Assembly: GCA_964016885.1 (NCBI GenBank)
Contig: OZ024740.1
Location: forward strand, 12,958,001 to 13,022,000
From: Eledone cirrhosa
Lineage: Eukaryota
DNA: 64,000 bases
Direction: 5' to 3'
Shown: piece after piece, positions 63,301 through 64,000 of the stretch
How the letters are laid out: each line of letters starts with the position of its first letter
Position numbering within the stretch: position 1 is the first letter of the stretch
Translations under genes and position numbers: made by a program
Notes under the pieces: generated by a model
The model's database searches: none
Seen by the model: only the letters and a program-made list of their open reading frames with translations
What the model was told of the DNA's origin: nothing

Positions 63301-64000
63301 CTAGTCTAATGTCTCCAGTCTAATGTCTTGTCTCTAGTCTAATGTCTTGTCTCTAATCTAATGTCTCTAGTCCAATGTCTTGTCTCTAGTCTAATGTCTT
63401 GTCTCTAGTCTAATGTCTTGTCTCTAGTCTAATGTATCTAGACTAATGTCTTGTCTCCAGTCTAATGTCTTGTCTCTAGTCTAATGTCTTGTCTCTAGTC
63501 TAATGTCTCGTCTCTAGTCTAATATCTTGTCTCTAATCTAATGTCTCTAGTCTAATGTCTCATCTCTAGTCTAATGTCTCTAATCTAATGTCTTATCTCT
63601 AATCTAATGTCTCTAGTATAATGTCTGTAGTCTAATGTCTTGTATCTTGTCTAATGTCTTGTTTCTAGTCTAATGTCTCTAGTCTAATGTCTTGTTTCTA
63701 GACTAATGTCTCTAGTCTAATGTCTCTAGTCAAATGTCACTAGTCTAATGTCTTGTCTCTAGCCTAATGTCTTGTCTCTAGTCTAATATCTTGTCTCTAG
63801 TCTAATGTCTCTAGATTAATGTCCTCTTTCTAGTCTAATGTCTTGTCTCTAATCTAATGTCTTGTCTCTAGTCTAATGTACTGTCTCTAGTCTAATTTCT
63901 TGTCTCTAGTCTAATGTCTTGTCTCTAGTCTAATGTCTTGTCTCTAGTCTAATGTCTCTAGTCTAATGTCTTTTCTCTAGTCTATTATCTTGTCTCTAGT

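Larger units (their letters stand above)
1..64000 (+). repeat. Tandem satellite array of mixed 19-bp (AGTCTAATGTCTTGTCTCT) and 14-bp (AGTCTAATGTCTCT) monomers, head-to-tail, extending beyond both window ends
   Basis: Every line parses into these two units with scattered substitutions. No reverse-complement block (AGAGACAAGACATTAGACT) or unique sequence was seen. TAA/TAG occur in each unit on the + strand and two TAG per unit on the - strand. Confidence 0.99.
33100..64000 (+). repeat. Satellite sub-domain C (boundary approximate)
   Basis: Private variants: GATTAATGTCCTCTTTC (34725, 37536, 39591, 42706, 49426, 54214, 55574, 60225, 63814), GTCTCCAATC, AATATCACTAG, GTATTTAG and GTCTCATCTCT. CTCTACTCT is frequent. 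ATCCCTGGTCTAATGTGTTG is no longer seen. Confidence 0.8.

Noticed and set aside
1-64000. CRISPR array
   Set aside because: Units abut directly with no unique spacers, are shorter than typical CRISPR repeats, and no leader or cas gene is present.
1-64000. Repetitive protein-coding ORF (ATG in each unit; 19+14=33 is a multiple of 3)
   Set aside because: Even in a strict 33-bp alternation, TAA/TAG fall in all three + frames and TAG in all three - frames, so only tiny peptides are possible.
1-64000. Single fixed higher-order period, such as a 33-bp dimer or nucleosome-length unit
   Set aside because: The long/short order is irregular and measured block periods differ by region (0.7-6.4 kb).
1-64000. 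Active telomerase-synthesised tract or G-quadruplex array
   Set aside because: There are no G-runs on either strand in the consensus. Point variants are propagated in kb-scale duplicated blocks, which de novo templated addition would not produce.
1-64000. Synthetic construct or pure sequencing artefact
   Set aside because: Hierarchically shared variants and domain-specific lineages indicate an evolved array, though individual near-perfect duplications could still be assembly errors.
1-64000. Embedded transposon, RNA gene or unique island
   Set aside because: Reading the full window, I found no stretch departing from the monomer pattern by more than a few bases.

Overview
The whole 64,000-bp window is one uninterrupted, single-orientation, non-coding tandem satellite array, and both window ends lie inside it. 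It is built from two interleaved monomers: a 19-bp long unit AGTCTAATGTCTTGTCTCT and a 14-bp short unit AGTCTAATGTCTCT, which differ by one TGTCT pentamer. Consensus GC is about 36-37%, the + strand is T/pyrimidine-rich, and there are roughly 3,700 monomers (estimate from mean length). I see no genes, RNA genes, transposons, CRISPR spacers or unique sequence, and stop codons recur in all six frames. Point variants act as barcodes and reveal nested duplications with offsets of about 0.7-0.77, 1.6, 1.86, 1.97, 2.06, 2.81, 2.84, 4.2 and 6.0-6.4 kb. They also reveal three successive sub-domains with private variants, with transitions near 13 kb and 33 kb. This looks like eukaryotic heterochromatic, (peri)centromeric or subtelomeric satellite DNA, but the organism and function cannot be determined from the sequence. 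Offsets were counted by hand from marker variants and block boundaries are approximate. I found no evidence for a new gene-encoded system; the interesting signal is the repeat grammar and its history.
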